A stretch of DNA of 64,000 nucleotides from Callorhinchus milii. Lineage: Eukaryota. How positions within the stretch are numbered: position 1 is the first letter of the stretch; every line of letters starts with the position of its first letter. The notes beneath the pieces are model-generated. The model was not told where the DNA came from and did not search any database. It saw only the letters and a list, made by a program, of their open reading frames with translations. The translations under genes and the position numbers were made by a program. The DNA is taken from positions 101,744,001 through 101,808,000 of the forward strand of contig NW_024704743.1 in the NCBI RefSeq assembly GCF_018977255.1, given 5' to 3'. Below, piece by piece: positions 1 to 12,365 of this stretch.

Positions 1-554
1 TGTCCAAATGATAGACACATGAGAACAAAGAGATGTGGGTGCCTGCTGATATGAGTTAAACTACAAATGGAGAAACAATACACAAGCTGCTCTGCAGTAA
101 CATATAGCCTACCTTGCAGTTGCATCCATTGTTCTGTAAGACACTGCCACTCAGTTGGACGAGAGATGGTATCGCTCCCAACACTAAATGCAATTGCAGG
201 GTTACATTTCATGCTCCTGTTCCCATTGACTGAAAGCTGAGATTTCTGCAGAATTGTATACACGCTATATTACGTTGACTTTGTGGGACTGTGCAGTGCA
301 ATTTCTCTGTGCTTATTAATGTTTTCATACATTTAGGGTTAGAGTTAGACCTTTTTAATTGGAGATGTAGTGGTAGTAAAGTTACAACATTATTGTTATT
401 TCACCAGTGATAAAGCTTAAGATACTTATCTACTTATCATAATATCCACTTAAGATATTTTAAATTCAGCACAGAAATAATAAAATAATTAAATTGGTTT
501 AATTAAAGGTTTAATAATAGCTGTGACTATGCACATGTAGGTGACCATGCCAAT

Positions 555-826
555 CAATCTGTGTACAGCAATGTCCTACAAACAGCCAATTTTATCTGAG
601 AGATTGTTGACCACAACACCAGGAATAACTCCCATGTGATGTTTAACATCCACCTGAACAGGCTGACAGGATGTTAGTATAACATCCCATCCATAGGATG
701 GTACCTCCAACAATGCAGGGCACCCCCAGCACTGTATTAACGTGTCAGCCTAGGTTGTGAGTTCAAAGCTCCAATATTTGGCTTGACTCAGAGGTGAGAG
801 TACTATTAACTGAGCCAGGCTGACAC
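555..826 (-). mobile_element. Old tRNA/Deu-domain SINE (family A, SacSINE1-like)
   Basis: Ends ...TGAGCCAGGCTGACAC; carries TTTAACATCCACCTGAACAGG Deu-type block. Confidence 0.72.
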
Positions 827-1344
827 AGTTTAGTCACACAAGGAGAAATGAAATATAGAGCTCAGTATATCAGGTAATTAATGCAGTCAAGCAAAATAGT
901 ACATTTGTGTTATTTATAACTTTTATTTCTCCATTGAGGGATTTGCATCAAAGTGACAACTAACAAATAGGTACTTCTGAACAAGAGGCATTTAAGACTC
1001 AAAATCCCAAAATGCCACCTGATCTTATTTTGGGAGATAATTTTGTCTTCAAAGTGAATATTCAGTCTTAATTAAAATTCTATTTTCCTGCGTCACCTTA
1101 AACTGTAAGACAAAATAGTCCCAACGAAAACCAGGCAAACGATCAGGCTTCAGACACATATATATGTAATTATAGCTTTCAGAACTAGATTGTATCAGAA
1201 TAGGAGATTGAATTCATTTGAAATGTTGGGTGCAGACCCATATTAAACTGTGACCTACTTAAAAGAATAAATATTTTCTGCATGAGTGAAAAATACTGCT
1301 CTGATTGGTTGAGAATGATGTAATGACTAATAAAAGGATGTAGA

Positions 1345-1880
1345 AGGATCACTGGAGGCAGGGATTCTCCCCCCTCAGCTCTTGTTAACTCTACAAGCCA
1401 AAGCCCTTATCCACGACTGTTTGTGGGACACTGCTGTGCGTAATTGGCTGTCACGTTTCACGCACAAAATATACAGTCAATTCACTTTACAGTATATTCT
1501 GTGAAGCGCTTTGAGTTGTCTTGAAGACGTGATCAGGCGCTATATCAAATGCAAGTATTATTATTATTATAGAGTGGTCCTAGCTGGACAAGCAGTGGGA
1601 AACTGACAGCTGACAAATTATGCAGTTTGGGCTGGTTAACTTCCAGCAGTATCCCAATGCACATTTTGGGATCCAACCTGTGCATGTTCCTTTCCAGAAT
1701 TAGGTAAGCAGGGTGCGCCCCTCCGGGGATAGAGTGTACGTTTCATTCCAGACACAGGGAAGTAGGTACATGGCATAATTATGTGGAATTATGTGGAACC
1801 ATAAATATGGTGTGAATACTCTTAAGCATTGTGATGGGTTTCCACATGTGTCAGACACATGGCAGATCCAAATAAAATTA
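1345..1880 (+). repeat. Unclassified dispersed repeat X, split by a SINE fragment
   Basis: GGCAGGGATT...CCAAAGCC / TCCTAGCTGGACAAGCAGTG...CCAGCAGTATCCCAA...TGATGGGTTTC recurs at 25-30 kb and 34.8 kb. Confidence 0.72.
1409..1570 (+). mobile_element. 3' fragment of SINE B/C inserted into unclassified repeat X
   Basis: CGACTGTTTGTGGGACAC...(TTA)n; repeat X sequence resumes on both sides. Confidence 0.8.
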
Positions 1881-1989
1881 CATTCACTGTCACATTCACC
1901 TACAAAATACACTTTACAAGAAATAATGTGAAGTGCTTTGAGACATTCTCCTGACGTGAAAAGCGCTATGTAAAATGTAACAATANTTT

Positions 1990-2282
1990 TTAGGACTGCA
2001 AGGATAATGCATTCACATCTCAAAGCACTTTCCATTGTAAAATATAGTGATTGTGTACTCTGGAAACAAACGCGGCAGTCAATTTGCATGCAGCAATGTC
2101 CCACAATCCCACAAACTGTCAGGAAGTGAATGACCAATTTAATTTGGGGATTGTTGGCTTGGATCCTGGGAGAAACTCCCTTCTCCCTTGGGATTTTTAT
2201 CGTCCACCTGAACAGGCAAATGGGACCTTGGTTTAATGTGTCATCTGAAGACGACAGCTCTGACAATGCAGCACTCTTCAAC
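1990..2282 (-). mobile_element. Deu-SINE family A, partial
   Basis: CGTCCACCTGAACAGGCAAATGGGACCTTGGTTTAATG Deu block plus the shared 3' module. Confidence 0.72.
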
Positions 2283-2609
2283 CTGGACTAGATCAAAGTC
2301 CTGATGTGTTGTAATCCTTTTCTTAAGACTAAAGTGTAGAGCAACAAAATAAATGTTCTTGATTGAATATTTCTTCATTTATATCTGCACCATGGGCATC
2401 GCCACTCAACAAGAAGAAGAAGAACAACAACAACTTGCACTTATATGACGCCCTCCATGCAGGGTAGGGTCTCAGAACGCTTTAATGTCTCAGAGTGCTT
2501 AAAAGCACTCGGTTGTTACTGGAAACAAGGCATTGATTTGGAACAAACTCGCCTGGATTGGTGTAAATGTTCAGTGGGCCACTTCCAGCTCGCAGACCAT
2601 GAGCTGGCT

Positions 2610-2855
2610 ACCACTACAACAATAACTTGCACTAATATAGCGCCCTCCACACAGGGCAGAGTCTCAGAGAGCTTAACAATGACGGAGCCTGACTCCGAGT
2701 CGGGGGGTGGGGAGGTTACCGTAAGCAATTGAGGAGTGAAGAGGTCACAGAGATAGGGAGGTGCCAGCAAGTGAAGCGATTTGAACACGATTGTGAGGAT
2801 CCTGAACTTAATTTGTTCGGTGATGGGGAACCAGTGGAACCTGGACAGAACTGGT
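2610..2855 (-). mobile_element. L2 LINE 3' fragment (a second isolated tail lies at about 2410-2485)
   Basis: FHWFPITEQIKFRIL; CAACTTGCAC-type tail. Confidence 0.75.
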
Positions 2856-3379
2856 GTGGAGGTTCTGCAATAGAGGGACAGTATGTAATATAACAGATTA
2901 TTATAACGTTTAATTATCAGATCAAATCTGTCACAGAATGTTACATTTTTCACCACTTTATCACTGGGTTTAAAATGGTCGAAATATTTAATAGCTCTGC
3001 AGTTATTTGCGCATTAGCATCAGCATGGAACATTGCACAATACTGTCAATGAGGGAAACATTAACAAAACTCTGAAGGTTTGCCAAGATCAACACAGATT
3101 GCGAACCCAGGTGAACATATGGAGCTGAGTTTGTTTTTAAAATGGGTCACATTCTTGAACCCAAGCAAGTTAGTGACATTCGGTACTGTACTGTATCTGG
3201 CAGGTCTGGGTTTGTGAAAATAGAGACTGTTAAAGCACAATTTCAATATCTGTTGGAATTTATTTTAAAATGCTAGTCCTTATGTTTTACTTGGTTTCTA
3301 ATTTTTTTAAAAAAATTCCTCACATTTATATGGTGTTTTTCACAAAGGGAAGCCATTTCAGGATTTACTCTATTTTGTT

Positions 3380-3690
3380 ATGGAACATGGCAGCCAGTTT
3401 GACCACAGCAATGTCCTACCTACAGCCACGAAGTGAATGACCATTTTTCTCTGAGGTTTTGTTGGCCAAGACACCGGGAGACAATCTCTTGTCTTTTGGA
3501 ATAGTGCCATGGGATTCTTGACATCCACTAAAACAGGCAGCCTGAGCCTCAGTTTAACATCTCATCTGAACAATTAATCTCTGACAATGCAGCCCACTTC
3601 CAGCACTGCATTTGAGTGTCAGACTGGACATTGATCTTAGAGACTTGGCGTTAGGTCTGAACCCGCAGCAAAATTGCTGCCACTTAACAA
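3380..3690 (-). mobile_element. Deu-SINE family A
   Basis: TAGTGCCATGGGATTCTTGACATCCAC...CAGTTTAACATCTCATCTGAA. Confidence 0.7.
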
Positions 3691-4084
3691 GGCAGCCTCC
3701 CAAATCTATGTTGCTTTATCATTTATTTAATATTGTTACAGTCCCCTGATACTGACAACTTTGCACATCACTGAGTGAGGCAACATGGATCAATGAATAT
3801 TTGTTTTATCTGCAGGAATGTTTTTTAACATTGCTGGCAGACACTCTGCTACATTTGTTACAGACACCGTGCACCACTACACTTGGTATCAAAACACATC
3901 TACCCACGCTGATTTTCACCCAGCAGGTACTCCCGAGTACTGTACTTGCAAACAGTTGGCGTAAACAAGATCCATCACTATGGCAATGGGATGGGGGGTG
4001 GGGGGTGGGGGGGTGATTCAGGCATTAAATGGTCCCAGGTCTTGACATTGCGTCATGTGCTGTTTATCAGGCAATATGTTCTAA

Positions 4085-5108
4085 TGGGGTTTAACTTCCA
4101 CATGTATGCGGATGACACTCAACTCTACCTTTCCTCCTCTACCCTCAACTCCACGACCACCGATGTCCTGACAGTCTGCCTGTCCGACATCAAGTCCTGG
4201 ACGAGAGATAACTTTCTCCAGCTCAACGTGCGCAAAACTGAGGCCCTCCTGATTGGCTCACGTCAGCGCCTCCGCACCTCAGGCACTGACAGCATCAGCA
4301 TCCAAGGCTGCACTCTCCACCTCTCAAAGCCAGTCAGGAACCTCGGGGTTCTGTTCGACCCTGAGATGTCCTTTCTCCCTCATATCTGCGCCACAACTGG
4401 CACCGCCTTCCATCACCTCCAGAACGTCGCCAGACTACGGCACTACCTCACCCCTCACGCTGCTGAAACCCTGGTCCACGCCTTTATCACCTCAAGGCTG
4501 GACTATGGGAACTCTCTCCTCGCCGGCCTTCCCGGCACCTCCCTCCACAAGCTGCAGGTCATTCAGAACTCTGCAGCTCGTGTACTGTCCCGCACCAGGC
4601 TTCGCGATCACATCACTCCCACCCTCGCTCGCCTCCACTGGCTCCCCATCCCCCAGAGGATTGATTTCAAGATCCTTATCCTCACCTACAAGGCCATTCA
4701 CGGCCTTGCACCCTCCTACCTCTCCGACCTACTATCCCCCTACCTACCTGCCCGTACCCTCCGTTCCTCTGGCTCCGGTCTGCTCCACATCCCCCGCCCC
4801 AACCGCCCTACCATCGGTGGCCGGGCCTTCAGCCTCTCAGCCCCTAGGCTCTGGAACTCCATCCCCCAGTGCCTTCGCCACCTCCTCCCTTTCCTCCTTC
4901 AAGGCCAGTCTTAAGACCTTTCTCTTTGACCTTGCCTTCAGCTCCCCTCTCGACTCTCTACCCCCTCCTCGCTCCCTCCCTTCCCTCCCCTCACCCTGAC
5001 TATTTTCCCCCTGCTTGGGTCCTGACCCAACTGTACAGCGCCTTGGGACGTCCTCCCGACGTGAAAGGCGCTGAATAAATGGAATCTTGTTGTTGTTGTT
5101 GTTGTTTT
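4085..5108 (+). mobile_element. L2-clade LINE, 5'-truncated, young (ORF2 RT C-terminal part, 3'UTR, (TTG)n tail)
   Basis: FHMYADDTQLY, LQLNVRKTE, VRNLGVLFD, FITSRLDYGNSLL, LHWLPIPQRIDFKI, GGRAFS...PRLWNS in one open frame; tail GGGACGTCCTCCCGACGTG. Confidence 0.93.
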
Positions 5109-6095
5109 GCTGACTGGTCTTAAAGGTGGCGAGGGAGGGGGCGAGACAGAGGAACTGCGGGATGGAGTTCCAGAGGGTGGGGGAAGAGTGGCGGAAAGCC
5201 TGCCCGCCAATAGTGGGGCAAGCAAGGTGGGGGACGTTAAGCAGGCTGGAGCCCGCTGAGCGGAGGGAGCGAACAGGATGGTAGGGGATTACGAGGTCGG
5301 AGAGGTAGAGGGAGCAAGACCGTGGAGGGCTTTGAAGGTGAGGACCAGGATCTTGAGAATCTTGTGGAGTCCTGTAGCTCAGTGGTTAGAGCACTCGCTT
5401 TGCAAGTGAGAGACCTGAGTTCAATTCCAGGCAGGGCGAAACCTTGGGCAAGTTTCCTTACTCCACATGCCTAATAATAATCCCTCCAAAAACCAAAAAC
5501 AATAATTAAATTTGTCATTTTCAATCTACGCCTGTTTGTGGGACATTGCTGTGCACAATTGGCTGCCGTGTTCGCCCACAAATATACAGTCAATTCACTT
5601 TACAGTATGTTCTGTGAAGCGCTTTGGGACGTCCTCCCGACGTGAAAAGCGCTGTATGAAATGCAAGGATTATTATTATTATTATTGAACTATATCCTCT
5701 GTGTGATGAGAAGACAGTGGAGTTGGGCAAGGATGGGGGTGATAGGGTTGTGGAACCTAGTGCAAAAGAGGACACGGGCTGCAGAGTTCTGGATGATCTG
5801 CAGCCTGTGGAGGAAAGAGTTGGGGAGGCTGACAAGCAATGAGTTTGCATAGTCGAGCCTTGATGTAATGAAGGCGTGAATGAGGGTTTCGGCACCCTGC
5901 GTTGTGAGATAGTGTCGGAGCCGCGCAATGTTGCGGAGGTGGGGGAAGGCAGAGCAGGTCATGGCACAGATTTGGGGTAGAAAGGATAGTTGAGAGTCAA
6001 ACAAGACCTCAAGGTTCCGGACTGGCTTAGCAAGGTGGAGTGTGCAACCATGGATGGTGATGCTGTCAGCGCCTGAGGTGAGGAGGCGCTGACTG
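5109..6095 (-). mobile_element. L2 LINE fragment split by SINE C (5363-5686), tail-to-tail with the L2 at 4085
   Basis: VRNLEVLFDSQL...FITSRLDYANSLL...IQNSAARVL. Confidence 0.88.
5363..5686 (+). mobile_element. Young tRNA-derived SINE (family C), full length, inserted in an L2
   Basis: A box TAGCTCAGTGG, B box GTTCAATTCC, L2-like 3' stem-loop and (TTA)n tail; near-identical to the other family C copies. Confidence 0.92.
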
Positions 6096-6139
6096 GAGCC
6101 CTTTTCTTCGGTCTTCTGATTGGCTTCTGATTCAGGATG

Positions 6140-6800
6140 GGGAAGGCTGCAAAGCTCTTTTCCATCCTGAATGGTAGGGGTCAGAGAGTCAGTGGCCAGA
6201 GGACACAAGTTTTAAGATAATCACAAGAAGAGTGAAAGGAGAGCTCAGGAGATTTTTTCCCTCTGAGAGTTGTTGGGCTGTTGAATGCCCTGTCAAATAA
6301 GATGGCAGAAGCAGAGTCCATTGTAAGTTTGAAGAGGGAAGGAGGCGGGAATATGTAAGATAGAGGCTTCAAGGAGTCCTGTAGCTTAGACGCTCGCCTC
6401 ACAAGCAAGAGGATCTGGGTTTGATTCCCAGGCAGGGCGAATCTTTGGGAAAGTTTCCTTACTCCACATGTCTCAGTATACCTAGCAGTAAGTAGGAACC
6501 AATCAATTGTGAGTTGATTGGCAGATTGGTTCTCCGGGGATAATATTTCCTTCAAAACAAAATCCACGAATGTGTGTGTGGTATGTGTGTAATTGGCTGC
6601 TGCGATTCTCCCACAAGATATAGAGTCCATTCACTTTACAGTAAATTCTGTGAAGTGTTTTGATTCGTCTTGAAGACAATATAAGGTGCTATATCAAAGG
6701 ATTATTAAAGAAGTATGGGGATAAGGCAGGGCAGTGGATTGAATGAATATCTTGTTTTGAGAGCCATTCCATACTTGATGGACTGAATGGCCTCCATCTG
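6140..6800 (+). mobile_element. CR1 LINE 3' end split by SINE B
   Basis: CCAGAGGACACAAGTTTAAG, GATGGACTGAATGGCCTCC. Confidence 0.7.
6373..6707 (+). mobile_element. SINE family B (tRNA head + long CORE-like centre), inserted in a CR1 3' end
   Basis: Same head as family C plus the extra block ...TACCTAGCAGTAAGTAGGAACC...GATTGGCAGAT. Confidence 0.82.
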
Positions 6801-7448
6801 TGCTGAAAATGTTTCTGATTTGGCATTATGTAACTATAATTTTCCATGTGAATAGAGATCAGGCATACTAGTTCTAGTAATTTCCAGCACTCTACCTGAA
6901 TTCTTTATCTAATGCTATCCAAATGAATGGTTAAACAGAATGAGTTGGAATGTGTCTTATGGATACAATGGAGATCCACGAATGAGGTCCAGTGGCTTTC
7001 TTTAAATTCAAATACAATGAATAGTTCTTACCTCTATAAAGTGAGCAAAAGTTAAAACACTCGGGTTAAACTTTTGTTGCAGTGCAGAATAATTAAGGGT
7101 GTTGGGGTAAAAAAAAGTATGTAAATGCATTGAGAAATTGTTGAAAAATAAGATCAGTTAATGTTTGAATATATCCTTTGGTAAAATTCTCTCCCCCGCT
7201 CCACACCCACATGATAATGGTTGGACCAAAGCCAGTCACAGCAAGCTCTGGCCTGGAGCTCAACAGATACCGACTTACCTAAAAAAACAACACTTTGGGC
7301 CCAACCATTGTGATTGAGTGGGGAGGAGGGTGAGCGAACCGTCCAAATTGTACCCCATAAATTGTGTCTTCGGGCTTTGACCTTCACTCTTGGTGACTAC
7401 ATTTTCAAGCTAATCTCTATTTCAGATATGGCTCTTTGAAGGCTAATT

Positions 7449-7891
7449 TGACAGCCTGGCTCAGTTGGTAGTATTCTTCCCCATGAGTCAGAAAGTTGCT
7501 GGTTCAAGTCCTATGTTGGGACTGTGAACTCACATAATCTACATTGACATTCCAGTGCAGCACTGGCAGGACACTGCTTTTGTTGGAGGTGTTGTCCTTC
7601 AGATGAGATGTTAAACCGAGGTCTGGTCTGTCTTTTCAGATGGACATTAACAATCCCATGGCGCTATTTGAAAAATAGAAGGGAGTTTCTCCTGGTGTCC
7701 TGGTCAACAATCCCCCAGACAAAAAATAGTCATTCACTTCATGATTGTGGTTGGAAATGGCTGTGTGCAAACTGGCTGCTCAATTTGCCTGCAAATGTAC
7801 AATCACTACATTTTACAATAAATTCTGAGAAGCACTCTGAGATATCTTCCTGACGTGAACGGCTCTGTATCAAATGGAGGGATTATTATTA
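7449..7891 (+). mobile_element. Deu-SINE family A, full length
   Basis: Head CAGCCTGGCTCAGTTGGTAG, B box GGTTCAAGTCC, Deu block GATGAGATGTTAAACCGAGGTC...ATCCCATGGCGCTATTTG, (TTA)n tail. Confidence 0.85.
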
Positions 7892-8228
7892 ACAATAAAA
7901 AAACTTCATATGTGTAATTACCACAATTGACATGTAGAGGGTAGTAGAGGATGGTAAGAGCTGCATGTGTTGCTATTGACCTACAGCACACTCTAGTGTT
8001 TCTTTCACACAGTATTAATGCCCAGTGTATCGGTAATATAATATCCAGGTGATCTGAAACAGAACGATTGCTGAGTATTCAATATCTTCCAAAAAATATT
8101 GTTAAATTATAAATTAATAAATTATTTTGATTTCATATTTTTAAAACATTTAGCTCAATTTGTTCTGCACTGTTATACTGTATATAAAATCACCTCCTTC
8201 TGTGGAATCATGATGGAGCAATGAGAAC

Positions 8229-8420
8229 TAATAATAATAATAATCCTTGCATTTGATATAGCGCTTTTCACGTCGGGAGGACGTCCCAAAGCGCTTCACA
8301 GAACACACTGTAAAGTGAATTGACTGTATATTTGTGGGCGAACGCGGCAGCCAATTGCGCACAGCAATGTCCCACAAACAGTCGTAGATTGAAAATGACC
8401 AATTTAATTATTGTTTGGGG
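8229..8420 (-). mobile_element. SINE family C, 5'-truncated
   Basis: (TAA)n then CCTTGCATTTGATATAGCGCTTTTCACGTCGGGAGGACGTCC, matching the other copies. Confidence 0.9.
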
Positions 8421-8489
8421 TTTTTCAAAGGGAATTAGGATGCAGCAAGGGACGGTTCCACATAGTTTGGAACTTTGAAGTAATTTAGT

Positions 8490-8770
8490 CTCTAGGCTAA
8501 TGCATTGCAGAGTGTGCATTATTGCGGCGCTGTCCTTCGGAAGGGAAGTTAACTGAGGTCTTGTCTGCCTATTTAGGTGGATGTCAAACATCCCAAAGCA
8601 CGAGTTGAAAGGAGAAGGGAGTTTCTCCCGTTGTCCTAGCCGACAATTCCCAAATAAAATTCACTTCATGGCTATTGTTGGGACATTACTGTGGTGCAAC
8701 TTGGCTGCCGCATTTGACTATAAGTCACTACACTTTACAGTAAATTCTGTAAAGTTTTTTGGGATACCCA
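8490..8770 (+). mobile_element. Deu-SINE family A between two family C copies
   Basis: TAACTGAGGTCTTGTCTGCCTATTTAGGTGGATGTC Deu block. Confidence 0.7.
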
Positions 8771-8774
8771 CCAT

Positions 8775-9095
8775 TAATAATAATAATAATCCTTGCATTT
8801 GATATAGCGCTTTTCACGTCGGGAGGACGTCCCAAAGCGCTTCACAGAACACACTGTAAAGTGAATTGACTGATTATTTGTGGGCGAACGCGGCAGCCAA
8901 TTGCGCACAGCAATGTCCCACAAACAGTCGTAGATTGAAAATGATCAATTTATTATTGTTTTGGGTTTTGGAGGGATTATTATTAGGCGTGTGGAGTAAG
9001 GAAACTTGCCCAAGGTTTCGCCCTCTGCCTGGAATTGAACTCAGGTCTCTCGCTTGCAAAGCGAGTGCTCTAACCACTGAGCTACAGGACTCCAC
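8775..9095 (-). mobile_element. SINE family C, full length
   Basis: Complete reverse complement of the family, ending ...GAGCTACAGGACTCCAC. Confidence 0.92.
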
Positions 9096-9197
9096 TAAAG
9101 TTGCCAGATCAAATGTATAGTCTATTATTTTACTTGAAGCGGTCAGACACCTCAGCAGTGCGCTCATTGACTAAGATTTAAAAAGAGAGAAGTACCT

Positions 9198-9911
9198 GCG
9201 ACACATTACACTCTGGTACAGAGTGATACATTACACAACAGCACAGTGTGATACATTACAAGACAGCACACGGAACCACATTACATGCTCACACAGTGTG
9301 ACACTATACAGGATAGCACACTGTAGACATTACAACAACAACAACAACTTGCATTTACGTAGAGCCCTTCACGGGGGCTCAGGGTCCCGGAGCACTTGAC
9401 AGTGGCGGGGACTGATCCCGAGTCAGTGGGGGAGGGACGGTGGCGGTTACTATAAGCATCATCAAAAAAGAAGGTGAGATTTGAAAGTGGGGATGGAGGG
9501 GGCAAAGTGGGGATGGAGAAGGCAAGGCGGAGGGATTGGGGGAGAGGGTTTTGGGGTGTAGTAGCTGAAGGCATGGCCACTGATGGTGAAGTGGAGGGGA
9601 CGAGGGACCAACAGGAGCAGAGCTAGCCCAGTGGAAGCAGCAGGTGAGGGAGTGGGGGGGTAAGCAAATTAGAAGGTAGGGGGGGGCTGCGAGGGCATGA
9701 AGGGATTGGAAAATGGGTGAGAGGATCTTGAAATCAATCCGTTCAATAATTAGGAGCCAGTGGAGTCTGTCAAGGACCGGTGTGATGAGGATACCGAGTT
9801 TTGTACAGCTGACAATCTGGGCGGCGGACTTCTGAATTAGTTGAATTTTGTGTATGTTATACACTGGCACAGAGTGACACATTACACATCAGCATTACTG
9901 GCACACTGTCA
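9198..9911. repeat. Degenerate ~24-bp minisatellite (ACATTACA...GCACAGTGTGA) split by an L2
   Basis: Units at about 9198-9331 resume at about 9857-9911. Confidence 0.65.
9331..9853 (-). mobile_element. L2 LINE 3' fragment inserted in a degenerate minisatellite
   Basis: IQKSAAQIV...LHWLLIIERIDFKIL; (CAA)n tail at about 9331-9348. Confidence 0.85.
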
Positions 9912-10583
9912 ATGACCTGATACAGTTCATTTATGAGAACATAATTGAATGAGGACATTCCCTGAAAAGGAATGTCTTCTCTGATTTGAAGGATTTAATC
10001 CAGCCCTGATTGGTTTTCTGATAGAGGATGACTTGATGAATGAAGTAATTTAAATCCCAATTAAAAGACTTATCTGTGTCTTGCTCAGCATTACGTTTCT
10101 ATTTGTCTTCATAAATCCCTTGTTCAGAAAGTTCACTCTCTATTTAATTCCACATAGTTGTTGAATTTAATGATATAAGTTCAGAAGATGTGAGTTCTGA
10201 GAGGACCAACGAAATAAGACGACTTGAGGGAAATGTGGTGCAGTTATGTGACAGAGAGAGCCTCACGGGAAAGTTTTGGTTTCATAATAATAATAATGTT
10301 TACATTTTATGTAGTGTTTTATCACATCATCTTAAAGCACTCCGCAGGATTTTATTGTGAAGTGTATATTTGTAGCGCACAGTCATAGTGTGCAGGTGTG
10401 TCATGTATCCCAGTGCCTTAGGACATCCTCTCCACATGAAAGGCCTATAGAAATGTAATTTGTTGTTATTGTAGCAGTTGAACACAGCAGACAATTTACG
10501 CACAGCAATGTCACACAAACAGCCATAAAGTAAATGAACAATAAAATGATAGTGAATATAAAATAACAAAAATAATGTTTGCA

Positions 10584-10765
10584 TTTGAATTCTATCCTCT
10601 GAGGGATGGGGAGCCAGTGGAGCTTGTCGAGGGTGGGGGTAATGGGGTCGCGGATGGGGTGCAGGAGAGGACATGAGCTGCAGAGTTCTGGATGATCTGC
10701 AGCTTGTGGAGGGAAGAGTTGGGGAGGCTGACAAGTAGGGAGTTTCTGTAGTCGAGCCTTATGTG
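10584..10765 (-). mobile_element. L2 LINE internal fragment
   Basis: RLDYRNSLLVSLPNSSLHKLQIIQNSAAHVL. Confidence 0.8.
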
Positions 10766-10799
10766 AGGCCTTGGAACTGAATAGTCTAAGATGGCACTC

Positions 10800-11110
10800 A
10801 TTGCAGGGCTGGGGTGTGCTTCATTGTTGGAGGTGCTATGCTGTTCTGATGCACGTTAAATAATAATAGATTCCATGGCGCTATTCAAAAAGAGGAGGGA
10901 GATTTCCTAATCTCCTGGCTAATAATCCCCAAATAAAATTGATCATTCAATTCATAGCTATGGTGGGGACATTGCTATGTGAAAATTGGCTACCTACAGA
11001 ATACAGACACTGCAGTTTTCAGTAAATCCCGTGAAACACTTTGAGATTTCCTACTGACTTAAAAGGCAAATGATGTGATATATCAAATGCAAAAATGATA
11101 GTTGTTATTA
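10800..11110 (+). mobile_element. Deu-SINE family A, decayed
   Basis: GATTCCATGGCGCTATTCAAAAAG plus shared 3' module. Confidence 0.65.
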
Positions 11111-11550
11111 TTTGTGTACTTTTACCCCTCCTACAATTGGTGAGCATTCCGATCCTTCTGACCCAAATACATTGAAACGTGAATACTTCTAAAGAATGTC
11201 TTTGCTCACGGTTACAACTGTGGAAAGGAATCGCTAACTCAGTAAAATTCCTGATAAGAAGACTTTCTACACTCGGTTATAACGTTATATATCACTTGAA
11301 AGCAAACAAAAACTCAAAACTATCCAAATATTACCTAGGAAACTGTGGGAATTCAATTATTTAAACTCTCCAGCACATTGCTAATTAAAAATAAATTGAA
11401 TTTGCTCAAAAATAATCAACAGTCAGCAAGTGGATAATTCAGAAATTAATGAACAAAGAAACTGCTGAAAAGAATTCATTAAACAGTGTAACTCACTCTT
11501 GAAAGAACTTGCAGAATAACAATAACAGTGCAACAACAATTTGCATTTAT

Positions 11551-11842
11551 ATAATAATAATAATCCTTGCATTTGATATAGCGCCTTATCACGTCTTCGA
11601 GACGTCTTAAAGCGCTTCACAGAATATACTGTAAAGCGAATTGGCTGTATATTTTATGGACAAAAATGCAGCAGCCAATTGCACATAGCAGTGTCCCAGA
11701 AACAGTCATGGATTGAGTGACCAAATTATTACTTTTTTGGGGGGAAAGGGTTATTAATCCCGGAAAAGAGATTCGCCAATTGATGAACAACCGGGTTCCT
11801 ACTTACTGCTAAGTAAACAGAGGCGTGTGGAGTAAGGAAACT
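11551..11842 (-). mobile_element. SINE family B, 5'-truncated, inserted in an L2 tail
   Basis: Contains GGGTTCCTACTTACTGCTAAGTAAACAGAGGC; flanks rejoin as TTGCATTTAT/ATAGTGCCCTTCATGCAGG. Confidence 0.82.
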
Positions 11843-12365
11843 ATAGTGCCCTTCATGCAGGATATTACCTCAGAGTGCTGGACAGTTGTCCTGTGACTGG
11901 CAGCAATTTGGCAAAAAGTGAACCTTCATGAAACTCCCTGCTGGTGTTGACAATTTTGGTTTAAATCAATGTAAAGGATTGGATTGATGTGATTAGACAT
12001 GAAAGTTGAGTTCAGCATATTTGGGTAGAACTTCCACCCAGATCTAGATTCACTCTATTAACATAACGTTTCAGAGTATGCAGCATTTGTCAAATTGTTG
12101 ATCTTAGTTTTAACTTTGCAGCCTGTTTGGTGTATCTTAAAAGCAAGTTACAAGAAGCCATGCTTCTAATTTAAACACTGTATTTAAGAATTTAACAAAT
12201 TCTGAATGCACTGAAATGCATCAGTGGACACGCTGTGTGCAATTGGCTACTGTGTTTCATCCACAAAATATACACTCAATTAACTTTATATTATATATGC
12301 TGTGAAGTGCTTTAAGACAACTTGATGACACGATAAGGCACTATATCAAATGCAAGGATTATTGC

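Noticed and set aside
3946..4914. 322-aa ORF as a host gene
   Set aside because: 5'-truncated L2 ORF2 fused by chance to upstream flank; lacks the endonuclease and most of the RT.
5363..5435. tRNA gene-like segments at SINE heads
   Set aside because: They continue directly into SINE body and tail; tRNA-derived promoters, not tRNA genes.
8866..9167. Recurrent short ORFs (LFVGHCCAQLAAAF, KRYIKCKDYYYY) that look like a peptide family
   Set aside because: Translations of SINE copies; no coding signature.
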